NCBI GenBank assembly: GCA_016192915.1
Contig: JACPTF010000011.1
Span: 2,118 to 66,117, forward strand
Length of the DNA: 64,000 bases
From: Candidatus Woesearchaeota archaeon
Lineage (GTDB): Archaea > Nanobdellota > Nanobdellia > Woesearchaeales > UBA10216
Direction: 5' to 3'
Shown: positions 18,777 to 30,563 of the stretch, piece by piece
How the letters are laid out: each line of letters begins with the position of its first letter
How positions within the stretch are numbered: position 1 is the stretch's first letter
Position numbers and translations under genes: made by a program
Notes under the pieces: generated by a model
Database searches by the model: none
Seen by the model: the letters and a program-made list of their open reading frames with translations, nothing else
What the model was told of the DNA's origin: nothing

Positions 18777-18788
18777 AGCTCATTTGGC

Positions 18789-19583
18789 TCATCTGTACCT
18801 TATAGGGTTCCTGCCCTGAAGCATCTTGTAAATATACTCAAACTCTTCGTAACTCATCTCCTTATCGTTGTACTTCTTAAGAACAACCAAAAAACCATAA
18901 GGGCTTGAGGAAACCCTGAGATACTTGACTACCCTGAACCCCATAAAATCAAGGAAAGTCTCATACAACGTGCTCACATAACTCCCAAAAGCATGGATGC
19001 TGTAACCATTAATCTTTGTCAGGTTTGCGAATGTGGAATACATTTCCATGCTACGGCGGACATTTGAGTGAAGCCCGTCATCAATGCCTGAGGCATCATG
19101 AAGCAGCCAGCTTGAGAAAGTCAGGTCAAACTTCCCTTTAACGAAATCCTTATAATTTTTCAAACCGACAGGCGCGGTTCCAACGTTAAAACTGCCGAAG
19201 CTGCCTCCCATCCCGCTGAAAACACTGCCAAGCCCGGCAACGCCTTTTGGGACAAGTTCAAAGAGGCTCAACCCAGTGAAAATCTTTTTCCGGACAGCGT
19301 CCTTAAGCAGCTCGTTCGCCTTCACATCCTCAAAGCCAAGCACCCCCTTTGCATGATCGAACTCAACGTAAGGCTCTATCATCCTATAAAAACCCATAAG
19401 GTCGCCTCTCAGCTTGAAAGCGGCGTTTAAAAGAAAGAAAAGCACACAATCAGAATCATTATTCAACAGCTTGGGAAAACTGTCTTTCTCAAACGAAACA
19501 AAGTCAGAGCCGAACTTCTCAGAGAAGATCTGCAGCTTGCTGTCAATAACATCATTCACAGCATCACCAGGTTCTTCGACCAT
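18789..19583 (-). CDS. Hypothetical protein, possibly a divergent class I methyltransferase fold
   Basis: KFDLTFSSWLLH and ANLTKINGYSIH resemble motifs II/III, but there is no clear glycine-rich motif I. Confidence 0.45.
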   Translation of the reverse strand: MVEEPGDAVNDVIDSKLQIFSEKFGSDFVSFEKDSFPKLLNNDSDCVLFFLLNAAFKLRGDLMGFYRMIEPYVEFDHAKGVLGFEDVKANELLKDAVRKKIFTGLSLFELVPKGVAGLGSVFSGMGGSFGSFNVGTAPVGLKNYKDFVKGKFDLTFSSWLLHDASGIDDGLHSNVRRSMEMYSTFANLTKINGYSIHAFGSYVSTLYETFLDFMGFRVVKYLRVSSSPYGFLVVLKKYNDKEMSYEEFEYIYKMLQGRNPIRYR

Positions 19584-19682
19584 TCAAAGCCCGGCATCCG
19601 GCATAATTTATAAAGTTTATTCCACCAGGCCGTCAACAGGCTTCAATAAAGTTTATAAAGCTCTCAAACACCATGTTTCGAT

Positions 19683-21086
19683 ATGAACATTTTGCTCATC
19701 CTGCCTCCCAACATTGGCAGATATGTGGTGGCCACCATTCCCCATGCAGGCATCGCCTACCTGGCAGCGTTTCTGGAGAGGGAAGGCCATTCTGTCGACA
19801 TAGCAGACATGAGGATTGACCCAAGCGACGAGAACCTGTTCGCGCAAATCGAGAGGTTCAAGCCGCAGCTAATTGGCCTGAGCACTGCCAGCATAGGCTA
19901 CAAGATGTCCTATGAGCTTGTTTCCAAGCTGAAGAAAAACTTTCCACAGATTCCAATAGCAATTGGCGGCTCCCACGTCTCCACAGTCCACACAAAGGCC
20001 CTTGAAGAGACCGAGGCAGACTATGGAGTATACGGGGAGGGCGAGAAGACATTCATTGAATTGGCAAGGAATGAACCTGCCGAGAACATCAAAGGCCTGA
20101 TCTGGAGAAAAAAAGGCAGCATAGTCATGAACCCTCCTGCCCCGCTGGCACAAGACCTGGACGACTTCCCCTACCCGGCCTATCAAAAGTTCCAGCTAAA
20201 CAAGTTCCTTGAAAAAAGAATCCCGCTGGTAACATCAAGAGGATGCCCGAACAGGTGCACCTTCTGTTCCATCCAGCTTGTTATGGGCTACCCGTTCAGG
20301 ACCAGGAGCCCAAAGAACGTTGTAGATGAAATGGAGCACTGGCACAAAAAGGGCTATGACACTTTCGAAATCAGCGATGACAACTTCACCTTCAACCTGC
20401 CGAGGGCTGAGAAAATATGCGACCTCATCATTGAAAGGGGTCTCAAGATAAAAATGATATTCGGCAACGGCCTGAGGGCTGACAGGGTTAATGAGCAGCT
20501 CCTTGCCAAGCTGAAGCAGGCAGGCTGCGTGTGGATAGCATACGGCCTCGAAACGTCAGACATCTTAGGCCTGCAGCTGCTTAAGAAAGACCTTTCCGTA
20601 GACAAGCTGAAAAGCGCTGTAGAAATGACAAAAAAACTGGGAATTGAGGTGCAGGTAAACTTCATCATAGGATGCCCGGGGCAAACATTTGAAAAATTCA
20701 AGAGGGACCTTGAGTTTGCCGACGAGCTTGGAGTTGACCAAGTCAGGTTCTACAACCTCATACCATATCCTGGCACTGAGATGTTTGAGTGGGTGCAGCA
20801 AAATGGAAGGTTCCTCTACCCTTCTGAAAAATACCTGAACGACTTCAACTACTGGTCTGAGGAGCCAGTCTTTGAGACTGACGAATTCCCCAGGACAGAA
20901 AGGATCCTCGCGTATAAAATGGGGCAAAGCAAGATAATGGAGCTCTTCCTTAAAAGGCACTTTGGCAAGAAACTTGGCACAGTTGGCCACAGGCTCTGGC
21001 GACAGGAATTTGTACAAAAGCACTTAAGGGGAATAGCTACCAAGGCATGGGTAGGTATGAAGAGACTGAAGATAAAGCAGTACTGA
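19683..21086 (+). CDS. B12-binding-domain radical SAM protein
   Basis: GIAYLAA, GGSHVS, GEGE, SRGCPNRCTFC, DDNF and PYPGT. Confidence 0.9.
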   Translation: MNILLILPPNIGRYVVATIPHAGIAYLAAFLEREGHSVDIADMRIDPSDENLFAQIERFKPQLIGLSTASIGYKMSYELVSKLKKNFPQIPIAIGGSHVSTVHTKALEETEADYGVYGEGEKTFIELARNEPAENIKGLIWRKKGSIVMNPPAPLAQDLDDFPYPAYQKFQLNKFLEKRIPLVTSRGCPNRCTFCSIQLVMGYPFRTRSPKNVVDEMEHWHKKGYDTFEISDDNFTFNLPRAEKICDLIIERGLKIKMIFGNGLRADRVNEQLLAKLKQAGCVWIAYGLETSDILGLQLLKKDLSVDKLKSAVEMTKKLGIEVQVNFIIGCPGQTFEKFKRDLEFADELGVDQVRFYNLIPYPGTEMFEWVQQNGRFLYPSEKYLNDFNYWSEEPVFETDEFPRTERILAYKMGQSKIMELFLKRHFGKKLGTVGHRLWRQEFVQKHLRGIATKAWVGMKRLKIKQY

Positions 21087-21112
21087 TTCTCATCAGGAAA
21101 GCTGAGGCAAAA

Positions 21113-22057
21113 ATGAACAGGACAGCAATAAACGTTGCCAAGGCCGCAGTAGGCGCTGCGATACTTGCTTACCTGATTAATTTTGCAGGAGCAAGCAAGC
21201 TTTACGACACGCTTATCAGCATGAAACTGGCTTACATTCCGCCAATAATTGCCGTGCTTCTGCTTTCCATTGCAATCAGGGCACTCAACTTCAAGGTTCT
21301 CCTGCTCCCACACGAAAATAAGGAAAGAACATTCAAACTAAAAAGCCTCGTAAGGATAAGCTTCATCAGCTGGGCTGCAGGGATATTCACCCCTGGAAAG
21401 CTCGGAGAGTTCTCCTCCATTTACATGCTGAAAAAAGAAGGGCTGGACACAAGCACCAGCGCTGCAGTCAGCATGCTCAACAAAGTGCTGTCCACGGTCA
21501 CGCTCTTCCCGTTCGCAATAGTCGGGCTTGTCAAGCTGTTTGGGGTAACGGAATCAGTTCACCGCTTGCAAATCGCCGCAGCCATCGTGGCCCTGACCCT
21601 GGTCCCTTACTTCATGCTGACAAGTGCATGGTCAAGGGAGCTTATGAAAAAGATTTTTGCAAAGCTCATCAGAAGGTACGAAAGGCAGTTTGCAGGGTTT
21701 GTTGATGAGCTCGACAATTACCTCTCAAGGAGGAGGAAGCTGCTGCTGTACAGCCTTGCCCTGAACTTTTTGTGGATAGCCATATCGTCCTGGCTCGTCA
21801 TCCTTGCCTTCGCAGCCTTTGGGCAAAGGGCAGGCTTTGTCAACACAGCATTGATAAATTCAATAGGAACAGTAACATCACTGATTCCAGTAACGATTGG
21901 GGGCACGGGCGTAAGGGAGGCGACAGCCGTAGTTTTCTTCGGAAAGGTTGGCCTAAGCAGCGCAGTAGTGCTTAGCTCGCACATCATAATGGCGGCGTTA
22001 AGCTTTGCTTTTGCAGGGCTAGTAATCCTTGCTACGCTGTTTGGAAAGAACAGGTAA
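21113..22057 (+). CDS. Flippase-like membrane protein (lysylphosphatidylglycerol synthase TM domain family)
   Basis: FTPGKLGE and IPVTIGGTGVRE, with about 8 TM helices. Confidence 0.85.
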   Translation: MNRTAINVAKAAVGAAILAYLINFAGASKLYDTLISMKLAYIPPIIAVLLLSIAIRALNFKVLLLPHENKERTFKLKSLVRISFISWAAGIFTPGKLGEFSSIYMLKKEGLDTSTSAAVSMLNKVLSTVTLFPFAIVGLVKLFGVTESVHRLQIAAAIVALTLVPYFMLTSAWSRELMKKIFAKLIRRYERQFAGFVDELDNYLSRRRKLLLYSLALNFLWIAISSWLVILAFAAFGQRAGFVNTALINSIGTVTSLIPVTIGGTGVREATAVVFFGKVGLSSAVVLSSHIIMAALSFAFAGLVILATLFGKNR

Positions 22058-23296
22058 CTGGGCAACAGCAACAGACGAAAAAACGCCATAGAACAAGGAA
22101 GCTACCATGGGCCACGAATAATTCCCCGCAACGTGCTTTTTTGCTTCTGCAGAAAGCTTTTTCCCCAGTTCAGAACCTGCAAACAGGGATTTAATCGCGG
22201 CTGCCAGCTCTTCATGATTCTTCTGCTCAACAAGCAAGCCAGTCTTGCCGTTGACAACTATGTCCGGAATGCCACCCACCCTGCTTGCAACAACAGGAGT
22301 CCCGGCAGCGATTGCCTCAAGGAGAACAACACCCAATCCCTCAGTATCCCCTTTGCTATCAACAATTGACGGAAGGACAAAAACATCAGCAGCCCTGTAA
22401 AAGGCGGGCAGCTCATTATTAGGAACGCTGCCAGCGAATGCAACCGCCGAAGACAACCCAAGCTGTTGCGACTGCCTTACAAGGAAGGCTTTCTCAGGGC
22501 CTTCTCCAACAACAACAAGCTTGCAGCCAGGGAATCTTTTTACAACATCCTTCATGGCTGCAATCAGGTAAGTGACTCCCTTCTTTTCAGCCAGCCTGCC
22601 AACAAACAGAACCATTTTTCCGCTTTTGCCAGTAATGCCAAACTTTTTCCTAATCGCAGCCGCCGCAAACGATGACGCAGAAGAGAACATCTTCATGTCA
22701 ACACCCATCGGAATGACTTTGATGCCTGGCAGGCCAGAAATTTTGGCAACAGCTGATTTTGTAAAGGCGCTATTAACGGTTATGGCTGAGGCGGAATTGA
22801 TGGAAAATTTTGAAAGCATGCGAAAAACGAAATTATTAAGGGGGAAGACATCACCAGCATGAGCCGTAACAACAACGGGAATCTTTAGTAATTTGCCTAT
22901 TATTGCCGCAACAAAGCCCTGCGGAAGAATCCAGTGGGCATGAATAATGTCCGGGCGCTCCTTCTTTGCGACTTTCCAGAGCGAAAAAAACTCGGCAGCA
23001 ATGAAAAAAGGCAGCTGAACCCTTGCAAGAAAGCTCTTCTTCATGTTAGGAAGGATGCCACCACCATAACACAGGCGCTCAAGGCCGCTTGGAAGGAAAT
23101 ACCTGAACCTGTAAACGCGCATGCCATCAACTGTTTCAAAAAGCCTGCTGCCGGGATGGTGCGGCACCAAAACAGAGACACCAAGGCCCTTTTGTGAAAG
23201 GCGCTTTGAAAGGCCGTAGACAAATGCAGGAGAAGGGTCATTCTTCCAGCGGGGAAAGGCGCTGCTGCCAAAAACAAGCAGTTTAATTGGCATCAT
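22019..23296 (-). CDS. GT4 glycosyltransferase
   Basis: HAHWILPQG, PMGVD, FVGRLAEKKG and TEGLGVVLLEA. Confidence 0.9.
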   Translation of the reverse strand: MMPIKLLVFGSSAFPRWKNDPSPAFVYGLSKRLSQKGLGVSVLVPHHPGSRLFETVDGMRVYRFRYFLPSGLERLCYGGGILPNMKKSFLARVQLPFFIAAEFFSLWKVAKKERPDIIHAHWILPQGFVAAIIGKLLKIPVVVTAHAGDVFPLNNFVFRMLSKFSINSASAITVNSAFTKSAVAKISGLPGIKVIPMGVDMKMFSSASSFAAAAIRKKFGITGKSGKMVLFVGRLAEKKGVTYLIAAMKDVVKRFPGCKLVVVGEGPEKAFLVRQSQQLGLSSAVAFAGSVPNNELPAFYRAADVFVLPSIVDSKGDTEGLGVVLLEAIAAGTPVVASRVGGIPDIVVNGKTGLLVEQKNHEELAAAIKSLFAGSELGKKLSAEAKKHVAGNYSWPMVASLFYGVFSSVAVAQLPVLSKQRSKDY

Positions 23297-24228
23297 AAGC
23301 TCCTCCTCCAGTAGTCAAGCATTTCAGACAGTGTTGTCTCAAACTTGATTGATGGCTTCCAGCCGGTTGCCTTCCTAAACTTGGCATTATCACCAACAAG
23401 CTCAGGAATATCAGTTTTCCTTGTTTTTGAGACATCCTTCACAATCCTGGCCGATTTCGCCTTTGCAGAGAAAGAAATGAGCGTATCAAGGACATACCTC
23501 ATTGAGTAGCTGCTGCCGCTGCAGACGTTATAGATTTCCCCGGGCTTCCCTTTCTGAAGAGCCAAAAGATAGGCACCAACAGCATCACGCACATCAGTAA
23601 AGTCACGCCTGATATCAAGGTTACCAACGACAATCTCCTTCCTGATGCCATGCTCAGCCTCAACAACCTGCCTCGCAAAGTCAGAGCACACAAACGCTGA
23701 CGGCTGGCCAGGGCCTGTCTGGTTAAAGCTGCGCGAGATGACAAGCCGGACTCCTTTAGAGCGGAAATAGCTGAGGGCCACTTTTTCCTGCTCGACCCTT
23801 GACTCGCCATACGGAGTTATGGGCCGCAGCGGATGGTCTTCTGTTATTGGAAGCTTCTCCGGAATGCCGTAAACCTCAGCAGACGACACAATAAGGATTT
23901 TGGGATTAAGCCCCGCAGCGGCAACCGCACCCAAAAGGTTTTTTGCACCAATAACGTGAACTGTCCTTGTGAGTTCAGGCTCTTTCCAGCTTCGCTCAAC
24001 AGAGCTCTGCCCGGCAAGATGAAAAACAAAATCAGGCCTTACCCTTTTGACAACAGAAAAAACAGAATCATAATCCATTACGTCGCACTTGTCAACAACG
24101 CAGCCATCAACCGCGCTGCCTTTTCTGTCGCAGCCAAAAACCTCAAAGCCGCTTGCCATGAGGTGCCTCACAAGATAAGGGCCAACAAAGCCGCTAACAC
24201 CCGTAATAAGAGCCTTCTGCGCATTCAT
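23293..24228 (-). CDS. GDP-4-keto-6-deoxy-D-mannose reductase/GMD-like SDR
   Basis: ITGVSGFVG, FHLAGQSSV, SSAEVYG, RSFNQTGPGQ and GNLDIRRDFTDVRD. It lies downstream of gmd. The YxxxK motif reads YGESR. Confidence 0.8.
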   Translation of the reverse strand: MNAQKALITGVSGFVGPYLVRHLMASGFEVFGCDRKGSAVDGCVVDKCDVMDYDSVFSVVKRVRPDFVFHLAGQSSVERSWKEPELTRTVHVIGAKNLLGAVAAAGLNPKILIVSSAEVYGIPEKLPITEDHPLRPITPYGESRVEQEKVALSYFRSKGVRLVISRSFNQTGPGQPSAFVCSDFARQVVEAEHGIRKEIVVGNLDIRRDFTDVRDAVGAYLLALQKGKPGEIYNVCSGSSYSMRYVLDTLISFSAKAKSARIVKDVSKTRKTDIPELVGDNAKFRKATGWKPSIKFETTLSEMLDYWRRSL

Positions 24229-24298
24229 AGCATAAAATAACATTAACGATTATTTAAAATGTTAACTCAAAAAAAAGGAATCACAAAGAAATCAGGCA

Positions 24299-25143
<845 letters not shown>

Positions 25144-25179
25144 GGATTTGAGTTCAGGGAACAGGTATTTAAATGTTGT

Positions 25180-26118
25180 TCAGTTCTCCCTGAACCACTC
25201 AATCACCCTCTTCAGGCCGTCGTCAACAGACACTTTCGGCTCCCACTTCAGCAGCTTTTTTGCCTTCGTGATGTCAGGACATCTTGTTTTAGGGTCATCT
25301 ATCGGGAGCGGTTTGAACGTTATTTTGCTGCCGCTGCTTGTAAGCTTAATCACTTTTTTTGCAAATTCCAGGATTGTGCACTCCTCAGGGTTTCCGAGGT
25401 TGACCGGCTCATTCACCTTTGACAGCATCAATTTGTAAATGCCTTCAACCAAGTCGCTAACGTAACAAAAGCTCCTTGTCTGGCTGCCATCACCGAAAAC
25501 TGTCAATGGCTTGTTTGCCAAAGCTTGTGTTACGAATGTCGGAACAGCCCTGCCGTCGTTCTTGCGCATAAAAGGGCCGTACGTGTTGAATATTCTTGCA
25601 ATCTTCGTGTCCATCCCGTGAAAGGCGTGGTAAGCCATTGTAATGGCTTCGGCAAAGCGCTTGGCCTCGTCGTAAACTCCCCTTGGGCCAACCGGGTTGA
25701 CGTTACCCCAGTAGCTTTCAGGCTGCGGATGGACAAGAGGGTCTCCATAAACCTCTGAGGTCGAAGCAAGAAGGAAAACAGAGTTCTTAACCTTGGCCAG
25801 GCCAAGCATGTTATGGGTGCCCATCGCTCCAACCTTAAGTGTCTGAATGGGAAAAGTCGCATAATCAAAAGGCGATGCAGGGCTGGCAAAATGAAGAACA
25901 TAATGAATTGCCTCAGGAATTTCAAGGGGCTTCGTAACATCATGGCTAATGAAAATAAAATCGCTGTTGCCCTTCAATTCAGATATGTTGCTGCTGTTGC
26001 CTGTAAGAAAATTGTCAACGCAGACAACCCTGAAGCCCTTATCCAGGAGAAACCTGCACAAATGGCTGCCGATAAAACCGGCTCCGCCGGTAACAAGAAC
26101 AGTACGTTTCATAATCAA
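25180..26118 (-). CDS. UDP-glucuronate decarboxylase (UDP-xylose synthase)
   Basis: [51 protein letters not shown] and [10 protein letters not shown]. Confidence 0.9.
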   Translation of the reverse strand: MIMKRTVLVTGGAGFIGSHLCRFLLDKGFRVVCVDNFLTGNSSNISELKGNSDFIFISHDVTKPLEIPEAIHYVLHFASPASPFDYATFPIQTLKVGAMGTHNMLGLAKVKNSVFLLASTSEVYGDPLVHPQPESYWGNVNPVGPRGVYDEAKRFAEAITMAYHAFHGMDTKIARIFNTYGPFMRKNDGRAVPTFVTQALANKPLTVFGDGSQTRSFCYVSDLVEGIYKLMLSKVNEPVNLGNPEECTILEFAKKVIKLTSSGSKITFKPLPIDDPKTRCPDITKAKKLLKWEPKVSVDDGLKRVIEWFREN

Positions 26119-26206
26119 AACGCAGCAAAGACAAGCTTTTAAATATTGTTACTCTGGACGGCTCTGGACGCAACATTTAAAAACGCGCTTTTTTTGCTGG
26201 CACTTC

Positions 26207-26914
26207 ATGAAGAAGACCTTGTCAATAATAATGCCTGTTTACAATGAGAAAAACACTGTTGCATCGGCAATTGAGCACGCAAAGGAAGCAGACATTGGAA
26301 ACTATAACAGGGAAATCATTGTCGTTGATGACGGCTCTACTGACGGCTCAACTGAGCTGATTAAGAGGATTAACGGAGTCAAAAAAGTTTTCATGCCCAA
26401 GAACGGGGGAAAGGGCAGGGCGCTAAGGGAAGGAATAAGGCACGCAACCGGCTACTACGTTGTTTTCCACGACGCAGATATGGAATACGAGCCTGCTGAT
26501 TTCAAGTACATGCTGCCGCTGATGGAGTCCGGCCTTGCAGACATTGTCATTGGCTCCCGCTTTTTGGGAAGGAAACAGAACTTGTTTGGCAGCAAAAAGA
26601 ATGTCATCTTTACCAACTATATTGGCAACATGGCGATAAGGTGCGCGTGGAATTTCCTTTACCGCCACAACCTGACAGACATATACCCGTGCTACAAGCT
26701 GATGCGGCTTAGTGACCTGAAAGAGGTCACCATCAAGGCCAACGGCTTTGTCTTTGACCTTGAAATGATGCTTAAGCTGAAAAAGAAAGGCAAGGTGTTT
26801 GTTGAGGTGCCAATCCACTTTAAATTCCGGGACTACAAGGAAGGCAAGAAGATAGGCATGGGTGTCGGCTTTGCCAGCATCTGGTACATGCTGTGGCACC
26901 GTTTTTTTGATTGA
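26207..26914 (+). CDS. GT2 polyprenol-phosphate glycosyltransferase
   Basis: IIMPVYNE, VVDDGSTDGS, NGGKG, HDADMEY, GSRF and EGKKI. Confidence 0.9.
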   Translation: MKKTLSIIMPVYNEKNTVASAIEHAKEADIGNYNREIIVVDDGSTDGSTELIKRINGVKKVFMPKNGGKGRALREGIRHATGYYVVFHDADMEYEPADFKYMLPLMESGLADIVIGSRFLGRKQNLFGSKKNVIFTNYIGNMAIRCAWNFLYRHNLTDIYPCYKLMRLSDLKEVTIKANGFVFDLEMMLKLKKKGKVFVEVPIHFKFRDYKEGKKIGMGVGFASIWYMLWHRFFD

Positions 26915-26954
26915 CACTCAAGTCGACAACAGTCGCCCAAAGGCGAATTGGGGG

Positions 26955-28400
26955 TCACGCCCTGCCCACAAGAACCTTCTCAAAAGCCAGCTTTAGCAGG
27001 CCATTGCCTCCCATGAAGTTGCTCTTAAACTCGTTCCAGCTTCTAACCCTGCTAAGCTTTCTAAGAATATAGCTTGGCCTCAGGTAGAACTCCAAGACAG
27101 CCCTGCCAGTCCAGTACCTCAGCTGCCTGGAAGTCAGCTTAGTTGTCCTTAGCAGTGGGTCAGTTCCGTGAATGATATGGCCTTCAAAATTGTCAGGCTG
27201 CTCGAAAAGCTTGTTTGCAATGACCTCATCGTAGACAGGAGTTCCAGGGTACGGGTTCAATACGTTAAAGAATGTCAGGTCAGCATCAACCTTTTTGGCG
27301 AACTTTATCGTAGCCTTAAGCTCCTCTTCGCCCTCCCATGGGAAGCCCATGATAAAAGAGGCCTTGACCATAATTTTGTGCTTCTGGGCCATCCTCACAG
27401 CTTTTAAAACCATGTCGCACGTGATAGGCTTGTTTACCTTCTTGAAGCCCTCATCGTAGCCTGTTTCTACGCCAAAAACCATGCTTCTGCAGCCAGCACT
27501 GGCCATGGCACTAAGCAGCTCATCATCCATGTGATTGACTCGCGCCAGGCACTCCCAGGCCAAGTCCATCTTGGCCTCCTTAATCTTATCACATATTTCA
27601 ATAACCCTCTTATGATTAACGGCGAACTCGTCGTCCTGGAAATAAATGTGCCTAACCCCATATTTATCGTAAAGGAGCTTAATCTCCTCAAATACTTTTT
27701 CGGGCGACCTCTGGCGCCAATACTTGGCCTGTATTGAGCTCTGGCAGAAGTTGCACTTGAACGGGCAGCCACGGGAGGTCACCATTGTTGTAAACTTTCT
27801 GCCGAGATTCAGCCAGCCGTACGAGTGATACTTCTCCATTGGGAAAAGGTGATAAGCGGGCATGGGCAAAGAGTCCAAATTTTTCACAACAGGCCTCTCG
27901 GCGGTCCTGACCTTATTCTTATTTGAATCCAGATACATCAGCCCCTTTATCTCACTTAGCGGGGTATTGCTCTTTTTGTAAATGTAGTCCAGCAGCTCAA
28001 CTATAGTTTCCTCTGCTTCATTGATCACAACGTAATCAACAACACCTTCTTCCTGAAAGGCAGAGCCCGGGTTTACGGTAACGTGAGGGCCCCCGATAAT
28101 ATTAATGACAGACGGGTTGTTTTCCTTGGCTTTCTTTAAAATAGACATTGCTATTTTGAAATTGGCAGTAACTGCACCCAGAAGAACTAATTTTGGGTTA
28201 TGCCCCTCTATCTCCCTGGCTACCTCAGCTTCGGTAAGCTCCAAGCCAAAGCAATCGAGAATCTTCACATCGTAGCCAAGCCTCTCTATTACGGCGGCTA
28301 TTACACCGAGGCCCAAATTCGGGCATTTTGGCCCTATGGCACCGAGCCTTCCATAACTGAAAGGCGGTGCCACGCACAATATCTCTGTCACAGTGCACAC
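26955..28400 (-). CDS. B12-binding-domain radical SAM protein
   Basis: PNLGLG, GGPHVT, SRGCPFKCNFC, FQDDEF, FGVETG and PYPGT. Confidence 0.9.
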   Translation of the reverse strand: MCTVTEILCVAPPFSYGRLGAIGPKCPNLGLGVIAAVIERLGYDVKILDCFGLELTEAEVAREIEGHNPKLVLLGAVTANFKIAMSILKKAKENNPSVINIIGGPHVTVNPGSAFQEEGVVDYVVINEAEETIVELLDYIYKKSNTPLSEIKGLMYLDSNKNKVRTAERPVVKNLDSLPMPAYHLFPMEKYHSYGWLNLGRKFTTMVTSRGCPFKCNFCQSSIQAKYWRQRSPEKVFEEIKLLYDKYGVRHIYFQDDEFAVNHKRVIEICDKIKEAKMDLAWECLARVNHMDDELLSAMASAGCRSMVFGVETGYDEGFKKVNKPITCDMVLKAVRMAQKHKIMVKASFIMGFPWEGEEELKATIKFAKKVDADLTFFNVLNPYPGTPVYDEVIANKLFEQPDNFEGHIIHGTDPLLRTTKLTSRQLRYWTGRAVLEFYLRPSYILRKLSRVRSWNEFKSNFMGGNGLLKLAFEKVLVGRA

Positions 28401-28563
28401 TCCAAGCTCATCAGTCCCTTTTTAATATGACTTCACCATAGTGAATAATCTCAACATAACTAGTTAATAAAACTATCGCCCAATCGCCTATTCCCCATTT
28501 GGCTATTCACGGGACATTCACAAAAATTTATAAAGTTTCTCTTTTGCTGCGACTGCTGTTACG

Positions 28564-28671
28564 ATGAGGACTGTTTACTTGGTTATTGCTGCAGCCTGGA
28601 TTGCTGCTGTTGTCTCATTTTACTTCTTTTTTACCATAAGAACGCTTCTGCCATACGCTGGAGGAGGCTGA
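28564..28671 (+). CDS. 35-aa single-TM microprotein preceding GT-C gene
   Basis: MRTVYLVIAAAWIAAVVSFYFFFTIRTLLPYAGGG*. A TATA box (TTTATAAA, ~28527-34) lies upstream, and it is similar to 3712-3819. Confidence 0.7.
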   Translation: MRTVYLVIAAAWIAAVVSFYFFFTIRTLLPYAGGG

Positions 28672-28672
28672 G

Positions 28673-30562
28673 ATGCTCGAGCTCATCTTTCTGGCTTTTT
28701 TTGTGCTTGCCGCTTTCGGCACAGGCTCCCTGCTGCTTAGCATCTTCAGGTTTCGTTTTCATTCCTTTTCAGAGGAGTTTTTCTTTTCCATTGCAATTGG
28801 CTATGGCGTGGTTGCCTTGCTGACTTACCTGCTGGGATTTTATGGCCTGCTTTACAGGCAGGTCTTTACGCTGCTGTTTCTCGCGTTGCTTGCGGTGTCT
28901 TTTGGCAGGGTGAAGCATGCGGTTACGCAACTACTGGCCTCTCAGAAGGTAATACCGAAGCTTAACACTTTTTCAGTCCTCGTTGCAGTTATAATATTCT
29001 TTTCAGTTTTCAACCTTGTTGCCAGCCTTGCCCCGCCCTGGAGCTACGACACTACAACATACCACTTGGCTGTCCCTAAGATTTATGCAATGGAGCATGG
29101 CTTTGTTGCCCTGCCTTCGCTTTTCCACTCCAACTTTGTCATGATACCGGGCATGGCGTTTCTGGCTGCGTTCGTGGTTAAGAATGGCGTTCTTGCAAAC
29201 CTTGTAAACTTCACCTTCAGCGTTCTGTTGGCTTTGGGCATTTACTCTTTTTGCAGCCGTTTCCTTAACAAAAAGGCAGGCGTTATCGCTTCTGCCATTT
29301 TCCTCACGCTTCCAATCATAGCGGTCTACTCGGCCTCAGCCCATGCAGACATTCCGCAGGCTTTTTTCGCTTTTTCGGCTTTTTACGCCTTCATTGTTTG
29401 GGCAGAGAGAAGCAGCAATAGCAGCCCGGTGCTGGGCTGGTTCATTGTTTCAGCGTTTATGACCGGCCTTGTAGCAGCTTCAAAATTCACAGGGCTTGCT
29501 TTCGTTGCCATAATGGCATCTTTGATGTTTTTTTATGGAATTTTTGCCGGAAAGCATGGGCCTTTGCCCCGGTTATTGAAAACAACAGTTCTTTCAACAG
29601 CCGCCTTCATTTTATTAGCGCTGGTTGTGGCTTTTCCCGCTTACCTAAAAAACTGGGTGTACTCAGGCAATCCTTTCTTCCCGCTGTACTATAATATTTT
29701 TGGCGGAAAATTCCTTAATGCTAACGTGTCCGAGTTTTTCTCAACAACGCTCCAGCACGGCACTGGCATAAGCCTTGGCAGCTTTCTCATCACCCCATGG
29801 AACATAACCATGCATCCGCTGATGTTCATTGAGCTTATCGGGATAGGACCCCTGTTTCTGGCATTTATCCCCCTGCTGCTTTTTGTGAAGCGGAACAGGA
29901 TTATCGTGCTCACTCTTGCCACAGGCCTGCTTCCCTTAATTCCATGGTTCCTCACTTCACAGAACCTGAGGTATTTGACTTACACATTTCCTTTCCTTTC
30001 GATAGTAACCGCTTTCGTGATATACTCCCTGGCAAATTCCGCAGCCAGCAAGGCGCTTAGAAGCTTTATTGCAGTGGTTGTCGCTGTTGTTCTTGTGTCA
30101 AATACCGTGCTGCTGTTCGGCGCCAATGCCAAGCAGCTGCCCGTAGCTTTAGGGCTTGAGTCAGAGGCAGATTTCTTTGCAAAGCTTAAAGACGGCCAGA
30201 TATACGGCATGTGCCAATTCACCAACTCAAACCTCCCTGCCAGTGCAAGAATTTTGCTGCTTTACGAAGACAGGGGATACCATTGCGATACGCCTTACAT
30301 TATTGGGGACCCAAGGCAGCAGGCTTTCATCGACTATTCAAAAATCTCTAATGCTGAGGACTACGCCAAAAGGCTTTGGGAAATTGGAGTGACTCATATT
30401 ATTGTTAACAAGGCAAACACCATTCACAAGCCAGGTGACATGTTTTACAGTAATGAAACAGCGGCCATTATCGAAAGCCTTATAAAAAATTACGGCACTT
30501 TAGCCCATTCTGAAGGGGGGGCTGAGCTTTACTCATTCGCCTACGGTCCGGGAGCTTCTTAA
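28673..30562 (+). CDS. GT-C fold membrane glycosyltransferase (paralog of 3820-5688)
   Basis: APPWSYDTTTYHLAVPKIY, AYLKNWVYSGNPFFP and QNLRY, with many TM helices. Confidence 0.8.
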   Translation: MLELIFLAFFVLAAFGTGSLLLSIFRFRFHSFSEEFFFSIAIGYGVVALLTYLLGFYGLLYRQVFTLLFLALLAVSFGRVKHAVTQLLASQKVIPKLNTFSVLVAVIIFFSVFNLVASLAPPWSYDTTTYHLAVPKIYAMEHGFVALPSLFHSNFVMIPGMAFLAAFVVKNGVLANLVNFTFSVLLALGIYSFCSRFLNKKAGVIASAIFLTLPIIAVYSASAHADIPQAFFAFSAFYAFIVWAERSSNSSPVLGWFIVSAFMTGLVAASKFTGLAFVAIMASLMFFYGIFAGKHGPLPRLLKTTVLSTAAFILLALVVAFPAYLKNWVYSGNPFFPLYYNIFGGKFLNANVSEFFSTTLQHGTGISLGSFLITPWNITMHPLMFIELIGIGPLFLAFIPLLLFVKRNRIIVLTLATGLLPLIPWFLTSQNLRYLTYTFPFLSIVTAFVIYSLANSAASKALRSFIAVVVAVVLVSNTVLLFGANAKQLPVALGLESEADFFAKLKDGQIYGMCQFTNSNLPASARILLLYEDRGYHCDTPYIIGDPRQQAFIDYSKISNAEDYAKRLWEIGVTHIIVNKANTIHKPGDMFYSNETAAIIESLIKNYGTLAHSEGGAELYSFAYGPGAS

Positions 30563-30563
30563 A

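Noticed and set aside
26152-26170. Tandem CTCTGGACG twice in a divergent promoter
   Set aside because: Too short to distinguish from chance.
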